From: Endomicrobiales bacterium
GTDB taxonomy: Bacteria; Elusimicrobiota; Endomicrobiia; Endomicrobiales; CAWCFT01
Assembly: GCA_963794945.1 (NCBI GenBank)
Contig: CAWCFT010000015.1
Coordinates: 96,001 to 160,000, forward strand
Length of the DNA: 64,000 nt
Direction of reading: 5' to 3'
Every line of letters starts with the position of its first letter. Position 1 is the first letter of the stretch. A program made the translations under genes and the position numbers. Below the pieces are notes generated by a model. The model was not told the DNA's origin. It was given only the letters and a program-made list of their open reading frames with translations, and ran no database searches. Below, piece after piece: positions 21,510 through 32,168 of the stretch.

Positions 21510-21725
21510 TTTTTAAATCCAGTTATGGTTAGTCGTGTCTGCCATGGTTGATGCCTTTCTTTAAATAAGTATTATGTCCCCTGGAATTCCGCTCAGGTTC
21601 ATGCCAATCCTACTTTCTTGAGTCCTAATGTATCAATAGTCAAAATCAACCTGGTTTAAGCTATTCTTCTTATCCTAGTCATGGTTTCACTAACATGACT
21701 ATTGATTAGCTTTATAAACTTGCTC

Positions 21726-22586
21726 TCATGACTCACCTATATCCGGTTCGGATGGGGGCTGGCCCATTTTTGTTATGTTCTGTGTTTGGTTGACAGGGTC
21801 TTGAGGATTTGCGGGTTGTGGTTCTGTGGTGGTAGAGGGCACTGATTTCGCCGCGTTATTACTCTTGGATTTGGTTGATTTTTTGGCTGGTTTTGATGCT
21901 TGTTTTAGGGTTGATTTCCAGGATTTCTTAACTTCAGCTAAAAAAGCATCGATTGTGGCTGCGCTTTGTGGACTAATTGCGATCTTTAACTTAGCTTCAA
22001 ATATATTTCTTGTTGAATTTACATTGTATTTTGTGTTATCCACAATCTGTTCGTCATTATGACGAGCCCCAGCAGTTCCTACTTCAGTTGCGGACACTTC
22101 TCCGGACTCTATCTTTGCATGCGTATCTGCCGGAGCATTAGCTACCTTTATATACCTACGAACCTGCGCTTCGCTCTTACCTATTATACTGCCTATCTCA
22201 ACATTGCCAACGCCCTGGTCGCTCAGCTTCTTACACAAGAACATCTTGTCCAAGGCTGTGTACTGCCCGCGCTCTATGTTCTCCCTGGCGCTAAGCTTCC
22301 GGCATTCTGTATCCGGCAGCTCTTCGATCGGGATAGTTATTGCCCGTATCTTGTCCCAGCCAAGAGAAATTGCCGCTGTACAGCGCCTGAACCCGCACAC
22401 TATCTGGGTTCGGCCGTCCTGCATCCTGCGCAGAACAATTGGTATATCCTGCCCGTTCTCTTTTAATGACGCAGCCAGGCTTGCCACATCTTCTGCCCCT
22501 ACCTGCCTGCGGTACTGGTACGTTTTGTTTGCGTAATCTATGCTGCTTAACGCCACCCATTCAGTTTGGTACTTTGAGAGATCCAT
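21726..22586 (-). CDS. ParB/RepB/Spo0J family protein (no adjacent ParA)
   Basis: LAASLKENGQDIPI, IVCGFRR, ENIER, HTH; disordered C-terminal tail; GGAGG RBS. Confidence 0.8.
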   Translation of the reverse strand: MDLSKYQTEWVALSSIDYANKTYQYRRQVGAEDVASLAASLKENGQDIPIVLRRMQDGRTQIVCGFRRCTAAISLGWDKIRAITIPIEELPDTECRKLSARENIERGQYTALDKMFLCKKLSDQGVGNVEIGSIIGKSEAQVRRYIKVANAPADTHAKIESGEVSATEVGTAGARHNDEQIVDNTKYNVNSTRNIFEAKLKIAISPQSAATIDAFLAEVKKSWKSTLKQASKPAKKSTKSKSNNAAKSVPSTTTEPQPANPQDPVNQTQNITKMGQPPSEPDIGES

Positions 22587-22599
22587 AACTCCTCCGGAG

Positions 22600-22735
22600 A
22601 ATTTCGAAACTAGCAATCTCGAAATTCGAAATAATATTATCTAAACCAAAATACATTTAGGTCATATTTTATTTGCTAATTGAATATTTGGTATTGTTTT
22701 TTGTTTCGAGAATAGATATTCGAGTTTCGGAATTT
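22600..22735. repeat. Inverted heptamer-repeat hairpin (unit ~AATTTCG / CGAAATT), overlapping the PHP gene 3' end
   Basis: aatttcg aaactag caatctc gaaattc gaaat ... tttcgag aatagat attcgag tttcgga attt. Confidence 0.65.
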
Positions 22736-24039
22736 CTGTATATATAGTACCACCCAGCCGATATTGTTAGGAATATCGGGGCCAGCAGCTTGCCTATAAC
22801 CTGGTTCTCTGGCATCAGCGGCACCCAAATAACGACGCTCCAAACGCAGAAGCCGGCAAATAGGGCCGAGAACAGCAGGGGCAACAGTCTCGCCAGCGGC
22901 ATCAAAAGCCGCAGGTTTATCGCTACAGCAAACAGCACCAGCCAAACCAGCCACGATACCGCCTGCCTCTTGTTAAGGCTGCCGAAATAGTAGTAGCATC
23001 CAAAGAACGGCTCTAACGCGTACCTGAGTAAACCCTGCGCCTCACCCGGGCGCTCAAGCACTATAACCTTGGTTAGCGCGTGCTTCATTAACGAATCGAA
23101 CGGCAGGCCGTTACCGGCACCGTTCTCAATTGCGGTCCACACGTTGCTCATATAGCCCCATCCGTGCCAGTTTGTAGAACCTGTCATGAGGAGGCCTTTC
23201 GCCTTGCAAAAATCTACCAGCTCGCGCCGTTCAGCCGGAGCGAACTTCCTGTAGCCGGCGTTGTATATCTCAAAACCATCTATACCGAAATCGTAAAGCT
23301 GCTGCCATGTGAAGTAACGCCATTTCCACCAGTGCGGGCATATAACAATAAAACCATTGGCGTGGGCTAGGCCTATAACCTCTTTTACGGATTTGTGAAG
23401 GAATGGCGCAGCATCATACGGCCTGTCCGCCAGAACCAGAAGCGAGACCCGTTCAGTTGTAGAAACTTGCATACCTGGGTAAACCGTTGTTAGCCTTGCT
23501 GCCGCCGGGAACTTGTCAAACCCGTTCGTGTGCCCATGCTCGGTATCGAAAAACGAGTTAAAGCCCAGCCTCTCGTGGTATCGCAGGCTCTGCCCGGGAC
23601 TGTCCAGCCCGTCATGAGAATAATAGGTGTGTGAGTGGTAATCGGTTATATTGAAGTTCTTTGGGGCGTTGAGCCTTGGCGCGGGGAACGGGAATATTAG
23701 GCATATCATCACCGCGCTTATGAAGAACACTTCGTACCTTACAAAACGCGAGAGTATTCCCGCGAGGCCGTCTTTCTTAAAAAACACCATGGCCAAAGCG
23801 AGGAGCGCAAGCCATATCATCCACGAACCAAGCTGAAGCATGTACCTTGAAAATGACAGAATGTATTCCGCAGCTCCTGCAAACGGCTCGATGACGTACC
23901 GGGCCCCGGGCCACGACACGCTGAAACCCGCCGCGCCGCCCTGCGAAACAATGTCCGTAAGCCCGCGCCTGGGCGCAGGTGAAACAACCGCCAGCGCGCC
24001 AAGTATCAGCGCAAGTACAAGAAGTATTTTATTTTTCAT
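22669..24039 (-). CDS. Membrane-bound PHP-domain phosphoesterase
   Basis: DYHSHTYYSHDG, TEH, PHWW, FEIYN, GSTNWHG flanked by TM helices. Confidence 0.8.
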   Translation of the reverse strand: MKNKILLVLALILGALAVVSPAPRRGLTDIVSQGGAAGFSVSWPGARYVIEPFAGAAEYILSFSRYMLQLGSWMIWLALLALAMVFFKKDGLAGILSRFVRYEVFFISAVMICLIFPFPAPRLNAPKNFNITDYHSHTYYSHDGLDSPGQSLRYHERLGFNSFFDTEHGHTNGFDKFPAAARLTTVYPGMQVSTTERVSLLVLADRPYDAAPFLHKSVKEVIGLAHANGFIVICPHWWKWRYFTWQQLYDFGIDGFEIYNAGYRKFAPAERRELVDFCKAKGLLMTGSTNWHGWGYMSNVWTAIENGAGNGLPFDSLMKHALTKVIVLERPGEAQGLLRYALEPFFGCYYYFGSLNKRQAVSWLVWLVLFAVAINLRLLMPLARLLPLLFSALFAGFCVWSVVIWVPLMPENQVIGKLLAPIFLTISAGWYYIYRNSETRISILETKNNTKYSISK

Positions 24040-24044
24040 TACGG

Positions 24045-24922
24045 TTAGCAATATCCGAACCGGGTTTGTTCATGAGCCGTGAGCTCAAGATCATTGTTTA
24101 TTGGCTTTGTTTCAGCGGCTCTCTGCTTGATGTTGTCTATCGCGCCTTTTGCCGCGCCGACACGGACTTGTCGGCGTCTTTAAGAAGTTTTTCAAGCTCT
24201 TTGATAGCGGAAGTGTCGCCCACCACTCCGAGCGCATCTGCCGCTGAACGGCGGACAACCGCGACCGGGTTTTCGAGATTTATCCTGAGGTAGGGCGCGG
24301 CCGTGTATATTTTTAGCCTGGCCACGGTGTCAGCGGCCATAACCTGCACGCCTTCAGCCTCATCATGAACCATGGCGGCTATCTGCGGGTATGTTTCCGG
24401 AGAATTAATTTTTCCTAGGGCCCTTATCGCCTCGTTCCTGAAAATAGGATATGGGTCTTTCAAAAGGGTTTTCAGCATATCCACGGCGGTCGTGCTTCTG
24501 AGCTCCCCAAGGGCGGTAACGATGTTTATTTTCACGTTTGTGTTGCCTTCAGCGCTGAACCTGTCGATGAGGACGGAAGCCGCGCGGGGGTCGCCCGATG
24601 CGGCAAGGGCGTTCACCGCCGAACGGCGCACTTCAACGTCGGGGTCCTGCAGGGCTTTGGAGATAGCGTCGAAATTAGATTTCTTCTTTTCTGCGCCGAG
24701 ATAGATAAGCGCGTTGCGCCGGACTATCGGGTCGGGGTCGGAAAGTTTTTCGAGGTTCGTCCGCGTGTCGGGTTTGGCGGGTTCGGCTTGAGCCTGAGCC
24801 GCGGGCGCGGCTGCGGCGTCAGAAGATTTTTTCGCGTCGGAACCAGCCGCAGCATCGTCCGCGATCAGAGATGGAACGCACAGCATACAAACAACCAACA
24901 ATGCCAAAAGATTTTTTAACAT
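24045..24922 (-). CDS. Secreted HEAT-repeat protein (probable frameshift near 24155)
   Basis: Signal peptide; repeated LxDxDxxVRxxAxxALG units. Confidence 0.8.
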
Positions 24923-24997
24923 GATTTCCTCCCATTTGACTAGACTAATGAAACTACACAAGCAAGCTGCACGGTATCAGGCGCATTTTGTCATTAT

Positions 24998-25034
24998 TCC
25001 TCTCCCTCTACGGGAGAGGATTGAGGTGAGGGTG
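24998..25034 (-). repeat. BoxC-like palindromic repeat
   Basis: CACCCTCACCTCAA-TCCTCTCCC-gtaga-GGGAGAGGA. Confidence 0.6.
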
Positions 25035-25117
25035 AAGTTACGACCAACCCATAAATTAGATTGGAAGTACCCTTTAGGGTATTTTATACCGGGTATACCA
25101 GTGTAAAATTGCCAAGT

Positions 25118-25531
25118 TTACTTTATTTTTCCACCAAGCTCTACACCCAGCGCGAAACGCTTTGCGCCGGCCTGCCTTGCGGCGTCGATAACCTGCACAA
25201 CGGCGTCGTATTTAACTTCCTTGTCGGCCTTGACAATGACCGGCATGTCGGGGTTGTATATGAGCCTTGTTGAGACTGTGGCCTTTATCTCGGCGAGCTC
25301 AGTCCTTTTTTCGTTGAGAAAGATGTTGCCCGCGGCGTCTATCATTATGTTTATGGTCTTGCCGGTCTCGGTGTCCGCGGATTTGACATTCGGGAGCTTG
25401 AGCTTGATACCGGGCTGGAGCATGAGCGGCGTCGTTATCATGAATATAACTAGCAGCACAAGCACCACGTCGGTAAAAGGCGTGATGTTTATCTCCGCCA
25501 TGAGTTTTTTGCGTTTAAAAGGTTTGATCAT
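25118..25531 (-). CDS. Biopolymer transport protein TolR/ExbD
   Basis: EINITPFTDVVLVLLVIFM, KADK..Y..V. Confidence 0.92.
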   Translation of the reverse strand: MIKPFKRKKLMAEINITPFTDVVLVLLVIFMITTPLMLQPGIKLKLPNVKSADTETGKTINIMIDAAGNIFLNEKRTELAEIKATVSTRLIYNPDMPVIVKADKEVKYDAVVQVIDAARQAGAKRFALGVELGGKIK

Positions 25532-25532
25532 C

Positions 25533-26160
25533 TTATTTCCTCATGCCGAGTATGTCTATCATCTCCGAAGAGCAGTATTCCATCTCGGTAACGAAATTGT
25601 CCACGCGGCGTATAAAGTAGTTGTAGAATATAACGGCCGGTATCGCGACGAGGAGCCCTGACGCTGTGCAGATGAGCGCCTCTGACACGCCGCCGATCAC
25701 CACTGATATGCCACCGGAACCTATCTTGGAAATGTTGTGGAATGAGCTCACTATCCCTATGACCGTGCCGAAGAGGCCGATGTAAACCGCTATGTTGCCT
25801 ATAGTGCCGACGACGCTTGTGTAGCGCTCAAGTATGACCGTCTCAACCATTATCTCGCGCTCCATCGCGCTAGAATATACTTTTTCTTCGTGCTTATAGT
25901 TCTTCAGCCCCGCGAGCACAAACGCCCGCTATGGGAGAATCCTGCCTATCGCATTCCTTCATCGCTTTTTCAAAATCAAAGACATCGACGCAGGCCTTTA
26001 TCCTGGCCATAAAAGCTTTTCTGTCTAGCCTGGACTTGATATAGTAAGTCCTTATGCGCTCAAGTATGACGCCGATCGAAACAATAGAGCACGCGAGCAG
26101 TATGTACATCGTGAACCCGCCCATACTGAATATCTGGAAAAGCGATTTTCCCTCGAACAT
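25533..26160 (-). CDS. MotA/TolQ/ExbB proton channel (frameshift near 25915)
   Basis: GGFTMY.L..CS; YIGLFGTVIG, SEALICTASGLLVAIPA. Confidence 0.9.
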
Positions 26161-26177
26161 TTTTGACTCCTTATTTC

Positions 26178-26259
26178 AGGGATAAGGGTTATTGGGTAAG
26201 GGGTTAGTTACGGCTTTTGCCTGTCTTTCACTTATCCCTTATCATTACCGCTTACCGCT
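26178..26259. repeat. Inverted heptamer-repeat hairpin (unit ~GGRTAAG / CTTAYCS)
   Basis: agggata agggtta ttgggta agggg ... cttatcc cttatca ttaccg cttaccg. Confidence 0.65.
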
Positions 26260-26263
26260 GTCG

Positions 26264-27743
26264 TTATAATTTTAAATTAAGCCCGATATAAAAAATAGGT
26301 GCGTCCCTGAAATAGCCCGGCTGTGTCTCTATCTTCTCGGACTGCAGGTTGTCGCACGAAACGTAAAGCTCGATATCCCTGCCGATGGCTTTTTTTACGG
26401 ACGCAGATAAATTCCCGTAGGCCGCGAGCTGCGCGCCGCTTGTGCTCGTATAGCGGACCGCGCCTGTATACCCGTAACCCGCGCCAAACACCCAGGAGCC
26501 CGCGCTGTATTCAACGCCGGCAGACAACCTGTAACCCGGAACGAACGCTACGCTGTCGTCGAGATTGTGTTCGCCGGTCAAGGCAAAGGAAACTGGCCCT
26601 TGTTTCATCTTCGCTTTGACGCGCATGCTGGCCGCGTAAAAACTGTTCATGTTCCCGGGAGTTATGAGGCCCACGCCGGGGACATCTTCCCAGAAAAGGT
26701 AATTATTCCATTGCGCTTGTGAAAGCTCAAAATCAACGGAGTTATTCTCGTCAGCATAATACGATATATTTTCGTTAAAATCATACACGCTTTCAGGATA
26801 GAGTATGTTATTGTTGACCAAAACATGGTCGTCTCCGGCATAGAGCCTGTTCCAGTTCAACTGTTCTATGCCCGGTAGGTAATTCACGCTGAATTTTAAG
26901 CCCGGGACAATACCCACTGCCAAATATCCCTGCGGGAATATTCTGTCCTTTGTGTAGCGCGCCCCTCCGCCAAGCACCACCTTGGAAAACAACATAACAT
27001 CGTACCGAAGCGAGCCCGTGTCGAACTCGCCGGTACCCCCACCAGCAGCGCCCAGCGCAGTGTCTTTATGGGGACATAGCTCTATGGTCGCGTTTTGGCC
27101 TTCAAAAGGCTGCCAGATCACAGAAAGGTTTCCCGAGACGGCCTGATTAGAATCCTGCCCTTTTACTTCGCCTGTTTCGTAAGAGGCCCCGATCTTGGCA
27201 TTGAGGTTTTCCCTTATGTAAAAGTCGCAGCCGGTTTTGAGTCCGTAAAAATTCTTTTGCAGCTGGAACAGGCTGGATTCGTCGCTCTGCGCGCTGGCAT
27301 AAAAATTCTTATCGGGAGATATTTCCTTTTTAAAATACAGGTTGAAAATATTCTCTTCCTTCACAAGATTAGGGTACTCGCCGTCGGTGTTGTTTACGCT
27401 GTACGACGCGTCCACGTTCTGCGTGGACTTGTAAACGAAATCCGCGCCCCTAGAAGCGAAACTCCCCTGATAAACGTTTACTTTCACCGGCTGGTCAACG
27501 GAAAGGAAATCGTGGAACCTTAGGCCCACAAGCACCGGCGCGGGGGAAAGGTCGAACTCGGAAATGAAGTTCTGCATCCTGAGGTACGGCTGGTCCAAGG
27601 GAGGCTCTTTGACCCTCTCGATCGTAGGCGGGGCCTCGGGAAGAATGAAATGCTCTACATCTTCCTCGGCACACAGCGCACTCGAGAACATAATTCCAAA
27701 GACCAAAGTTACCTGCCGCGCGTTCCCAAAGTCTATTTATCAT
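26264..27743 (-). CDS. Outer-membrane beta-barrel protein, TonB-receptor-like C-terminus (probable frameshift near 27713)
   Basis: Amphipathic strands; YVSCDNL...PG...FYIGLNLKL terminus; signal peptide reconstructs across the shift. Confidence 0.65.
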
Positions 27744-27829
27744 TTTGATGCCGATGTTCCGTTTCAATAAGTTACTTTGAATATCTTATTCTGAAAAATA
27801 CTAAATATTTAAATCAAGTACTTGCAGTT

Positions 27830-27908
27830 GTAGCAGCAGAGCTTGCTCTGCCGATATTGCTTTAAAATGTTTAAAACCTAACTGACGCGAAGCAAGCTTC
27901 GCAGCTAC
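27830..27908. repeat. REPIN: two inverted GTAG-type REP palindromes
   Basis: GTAG-CA-GCAGAGC-TT-GCTCTGC (27830-27851) and, on the minus strand, GTAG-CT-GCGAAGC-TT-GCTTCGC (27887-27908). Confidence 0.75.
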
Positions 27909-27956
27909 AAAATCATCAAACTTAATACTGAAATAGTTTTATATTCGAAATTGTCT

Positions 27957-30722
27957 TTATTTGCCTTGCAGTTCTTCCAGCCTCTTGTCGGCTTCTGCGG
28001 CCCAGAGAGTGGTCGCGAAAAATTCTTTTGTGCGCTTGTAGGCGTTCTTGGCCTCGGCAAGCTGTTTGTACGCCTCGCAGGATTTACCGGCGAGGAACTG
28101 CGCCTCGGCCGCGAACTGCGGATAATTGCGGAAAAGATAAGCGGTCTTCAAGTACTCTACGGTAGCTTCCTTGAACGAACCCTGCTTATAGTAGCAGTCG
28201 CCTAACTTCTTCTGCGCCTCGGCGGATATCTCGCCCTGGTAAGCGTCGGCCGTTTGACGGTAGCCGTCCATTGCCGCCGGGAGGTTGTTCGCCGCGGCAG
28301 CTTCATTGGCTTTGGCCAGCAGCATACCAGCTGCCTCGCGGCTCTTCGGGAACTTGGCCACCAGCGCCTCGTTAGCCTTCTGCGCGAGAGTTTTCTCCTG
28401 CAAACTTTCCCAAACTTTAGCTATCTCTGCCTGCGCCCTCGGCGCGAACGGCGTCGTTCCGAAATTCTCCACGACTTTCTGGAAGTTCTCAATGGCTTCC
28501 CTCGGTTTGCCTAGGGCCGCGCTGCACTCGGCCAGCCTGTACTGGGCGTTGGCCCCCTGGTCGGTCGACGGGTTATTCTTAACTATCTCCGAAAACTGGT
28601 CCACGGCCGCCAAAAAGTTGCCAAGGGCGTACTGTATCTCGGCAAGCTTCATTTCGGATTTGGCGGCGAACTCTGAGTTTGGGTAGTTGTTCTTAAGGTT
28701 GGTATAGACTTTCTGCGCAAGCGTGTAGTTCTTTTCGCTCAGGAAATATTCAGCCACCTGGTAGCTTATCTCGGCAGTGAGGTTAGAAAGCGGGTAGTTC
28801 TCGACAAGTTTGCCCCAGACCTTGAGCGACTCATCTTTCTTGCCTTCCCTCGAGTAACACTCGCCGAGCGCGTAGAGCGCGTAGGGTGCGACAGAGCTCT
28901 TTGAGTACATGTCCACGACTTCACGGTATGTAGCCTCGGCCTTGTCTATTTCCTTTTTGGCCCAGTAAACATCGGCGAGCCTCAGGTGTGATTCCGGCGC
29001 AAGCGCCGAGTTTGGGTATTCCTTGATCACAACGTTGAACTCATCCATCGCTTCATCGTAAAGTTTTTGCTTAAAATATGACCAGCCGAGGTAGTAGACC
29101 ACCTCGTCGCGATTAGAGGCGCGTTTGTCTTTGAGCGGCAGGAACTTCGCACCCGCCTGCTCGAAGTTGCCCTGCTTATAATACGCGAAGGCTATGCGGA
29201 ACTGTATGTCGTCGGCAAGCGGCCCGGACTTATACTCGTCAAGGAGCCCGTTGAATATGTCTATAGCCTGTGCGTAATCGCCCTGCAGCAGCAGTGTGTT
29301 GCCTATCTCTACTCTCGCCTCAGGCACTAGCCTGCTTGCCGGGCACTTGATAACGAGCTTCTGGTACACCTCTCTCGCCATGCCGTAGTTGCCGCGCCCA
29401 GCGAAACACCTGCCGATGCCGTACAGCGCGTGGTCGAATAGCACCGAAGAGGAGTACCTGTCGAGGAAAGACTGGTAGTATTTCCTCGCGGTATCGAACT
29501 CGCCGGTCTGGAAATAGCACTCGGCCTGCATGTACTCGGCCTTCTCGCAGTACTCAGACTGAGCGTACTCCCTTATCACACGCTGGAAAGATTTGAGCGC
29601 GCCGTCCGTGTCCTTCTGCTTGAGCTTGCTCCACGCGAGCCAGTACGCGGCGCCGTCTGAATATATGCCCTTCTGGTACTTCTTTAAAAAGCGTTCCATG
29701 GCGCCCTGCGCGGCGGCGAACTCGCCGTCGCTGTATAGGCTCAAGGCAGAAAGGTAAACCGAAGTCCTCGAGAGGTCGGCGTCCGTGCGCCTGTATTTCT
29801 CGGCGAAAGAATCGAACACCTGTTTGGCCTTAGCGAAATCTTCCCTTTCAAAACTGCACCAGGCGAGCCCAAAGTAAGAGTTGCGCGCGACGTCGAGGTC
29901 GGGATATTTATCTGAAACTTCCTTGTAGTATTTAGCGGCCAGCTTGTAGTTCTCTTCCACGTAGCTAAGCTCGCCGAGGGCGTAGAGAGTGGTGGCCCTC
30001 AAGTCCCGTGGTATATCGAGTTTCAGTATATTCTCGAACTCCTCGCGAGCGGCTATCATCTTGCCGCGGCACCTGAGCGTCTCGCCCAGGCGATACCTTG
30101 CTATGGGAGTGTAGGCTGAGTCGGGGTTCTGCGAAAGGAATTTCCTGAACTCTTTTTCGGCCTCGGCGTAACTGCCTCGCTGGAACCAGGCCTCGGCAAC
30201 GTAATACTGCGCGCCTTCCCGCAGGTCCTTGCGGTCATTGAACCTCTTTAGCAGCATGCCGAAAGTGGACAACGACTGCGTGTACCTCTCAACGTAGAAC
30301 ATGCTGGATGCCTGGCCGTAGGCGGCGTCCGCAAAAAAAATGCTTTTAGGGTATTTTGCTATGAACTCGGTGTAGGCAGGAAGGGACTCGTCGTACTTGC
30401 ATTCGCGGAAGAGCGACCTAGCGAGGTAAAACTCGCCCTGGTCGCGGTAATCGCTGCGAGGGTAGGTCTCAAGGAATTTCCTGTAGTATTTCTCAGCCTT
30501 CGCGTAGTCTTCCAGCCCGAAATAGCAATCGGCTCGCCGGAGGAAGGCCTTCTCGCCTTCAATGGTACCGAAAGCCGAAAGAGCGACAGCCGAGTACTCG
30601 GAAAGGGCCGCGGAATAGTTTTTCGCTACGAACAATTTTTCCGCAGTCAAAAGGTCCGCTCGAGCAACTGTTGATAGTAATATGAATAAGCCTGTTAAAA
30701 GCAGGTTTTTGATAATTTCCAT
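27957..30722 (-). CDS. Large periplasmic TPR protein (BamD/CpoB-like repeats)
   Basis: Signal peptide; about 20 TPRs ending ..YP.S. Confidence 0.9.
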   Translation of the reverse strand: MEIIKNLLLTGLFILLSTVARADLLTAEKLFVAKNYSAALSEYSAVALSAFGTIEGEKAFLRRADCYFGLEDYAKAEKYYRKFLETYPRSDYRDQGEFYLARSLFRECKYDESLPAYTEFIAKYPKSIFFADAAYGQASSMFYVERYTQSLSTFGMLLKRFNDRKDLREGAQYYVAEAWFQRGSYAEAEKEFRKFLSQNPDSAYTPIARYRLGETLRCRGKMIAAREEFENILKLDIPRDLRATTLYALGELSYVEENYKLAAKYYKEVSDKYPDLDVARNSYFGLAWCSFEREDFAKAKQVFDSFAEKYRRTDADLSRTSVYLSALSLYSDGEFAAAQGAMERFLKKYQKGIYSDGAAYWLAWSKLKQKDTDGALKSFQRVIREYAQSEYCEKAEYMQAECYFQTGEFDTARKYYQSFLDRYSSSVLFDHALYGIGRCFAGRGNYGMAREVYQKLVIKCPASRLVPEARVEIGNTLLLQGDYAQAIDIFNGLLDEYKSGPLADDIQFRIAFAYYKQGNFEQAGAKFLPLKDKRASNRDEVVYYLGWSYFKQKLYDEAMDEFNVVIKEYPNSALAPESHLRLADVYWAKKEIDKAEATYREVVDMYSKSSVAPYALYALGECYSREGKKDESLKVWGKLVENYPLSNLTAEISYQVAEYFLSEKNYTLAQKVYTNLKNNYPNSEFAAKSEMKLAEIQYALGNFLAAVDQFSEIVKNNPSTDQGANAQYRLAECSAALGKPREAIENFQKVVENFGTTPFAPRAQAEIAKVWESLQEKTLAQKANEALVAKFPKSREAAGMLLAKANEAAAANNLPAAMDGYRQTADAYQGEISAEAQKKLGDCYYKQGSFKEATVEYLKTAYLFRNYPQFAAEAQFLAGKSCEAYKQLAEAKNAYKRTKEFFATTLWAAEADKRLEELQGK

Positions 30723-30764
30723 AGGTTAATATTATACAAAATTATATAAACGAGTATATAAATC

Positions 30765-30865
30765 GTTCAAAGGATCAAAAGTTCAAAGTTAAAAGGTTTA
30801 AACCAATAGTCATATTTTTCTGTTTGTTTATCTTTGAATTTTGAACCTTGAACTTTGAACCTTTG
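30765..30865. repeat. Inverted heptamer-repeat hairpin (unit GTTCAAA / TTTGAAC)
   Basis: gttcaaa ggatcaaaa gttcaaa gttaaaa ... ctttgaa ttttgaa ccttgaa ctttgaa cc, abutting the tolB stop. Confidence 0.8.
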
Positions 30866-32167
30866 TCATGGCGACCAGGCCGGGGTGTAAGACGACCCCT
30901 TGGCGTCCAGTACTTTCCGCAGGCCGGAACCGTCAACAGCAATTGTATACAACTCATTCTTGCCCGTACGGTCGGAAGTGAAAACAATGAACCTGCCGTC
31001 AGGCGCCCAGGAGGGGTTCTCGTTGTTCCTTTCGTCCTGAGTTAAGCGCGAGACCGTCGCGGTGGGCAGGTCGTAAACGTAAAGATCGTAGTGTTCCCTT
31101 CCAAGCCTCATCGTGAAAACTATTTTGTCCCCTCTCGGCGACCACGCGGGCGAATCGCAGAAACCGGAAGTGTTTATCCTTCTTATGTTGAAACCCTCAG
31201 TATCCATTATATACAACTGCGGATAGCCGGCCCTGTCGGATATCAAAACTATCTCCCTGCCGTTAGGCGCGAAGCAGGGGCTTGTTTCTATTGTATTATC
31301 AGTGGAAAGCCTCTTTATTATCCTGCCGGAACGGTCTATAAGGTAGAGGTTCGGCTGGCTGCCGCGCGATATCGTGAGCGCTATGACCAACCCGTCGGGA
31401 GAATATGACCCGGCGATATTTAGCCCCTGGATATCTGAAACTTTTCGCAAGCCGGAGCCGTCCGGAGAAATGGCATAGAGGTCGGGATTGCCGTAGCGGT
31501 AGGTAGTGAATACTATTTCGTCGCCCTTGGGCGACCATTTTGGCAGAAGGTTTATAGAGTTGTAGGACGTAAGTTTTTTTAGATTGTACCCGTCGTAATC
31601 TACAATGTAGAGTTCTTTGGACTTTGAGGCGTTATTGACAAAAACGATCTTAGTGTGCGCTATGCCGCTCTCACCGGTGTAGTGTTTGACTATCTCATCG
31701 TTTATCTCGTGCGCGAACCTTCTATACTCACTTTTTGGCCCCGTGTAAACATGCTCCCATATCATCTGCCGGCTGCCGAGGTCAAAAAGCTGAGCCGTGA
31801 TCGAGGCCTGGTCGCCTGTAATACTTATCTTGCCGCAAACAAGCACATCGCACCCGCGGTTGGTCCATTCCTGTATCTCCTCGGGCTTTCCCGTAAATAG
31901 CGGCCCGCCTTCGGCTATGTTGAAATACCTTGAATACAGCATGTCCGCGAGCAGCACTTCTCCCAGCTGCCTGCCCACTTTTGCCTCTTCAAGCGTGCCG
32001 TTAGAAGGAAAAAAGCCCGCGAACCCGAACTCCGCCCTCTGCCCGTGGGCAGACAGGCCCAGGTAAACATCCGCCGCTCCGGCGCAAACAGAAAGAAGCA
32101 TCAATATAATAAATATCAAGCCCTTGAATCTGTAATTTGTGATCTGTAATTTGTAATTGTTCTTCAT
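30866..32167 (-). CDS. tolB: Tol-Pal beta-propeller protein TolB
   Basis: N-domain, AH...DEI..G..G.A.TKI, DYDG, repeated P.WSPDG blades. Confidence 0.92.
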   Translation of the reverse strand: MKNNYKLQITNYRFKGLIFIILMLLSVCAGAADVYLGLSAHGQRAEFGFAGFFPSNGTLEEAKVGRQLGEVLLADMLYSRYFNIAEGGPLFTGKPEEIQEWTNRGCDVLVCGKISITGDQASITAQLFDLGSRQMIWEHVYTGPKSEYRRFAHEINDEIVKHYTGESGIAHTKIVFVNNASKSKELYIVDYDGYNLKKLTSYNSINLLPKWSPKGDEIVFTTYRYGNPDLYAISPDGSGLRKVSDIQGLNIAGSYSPDGLVIALTISRGSQPNLYLIDRSGRIIKRLSTDNTIETSPCFAPNGREIVLISDRAGYPQLYIMDTEGFNIRRINTSGFCDSPAWSPRGDKIVFTMRLGREHYDLYVYDLPTATVSRLTQDERNNENPSWAPDGRFIVFTSDRTGKNELYTIAVDGSGLRKVLDAKGSSYTPAWSP

Positions 32168-32168
32168 T

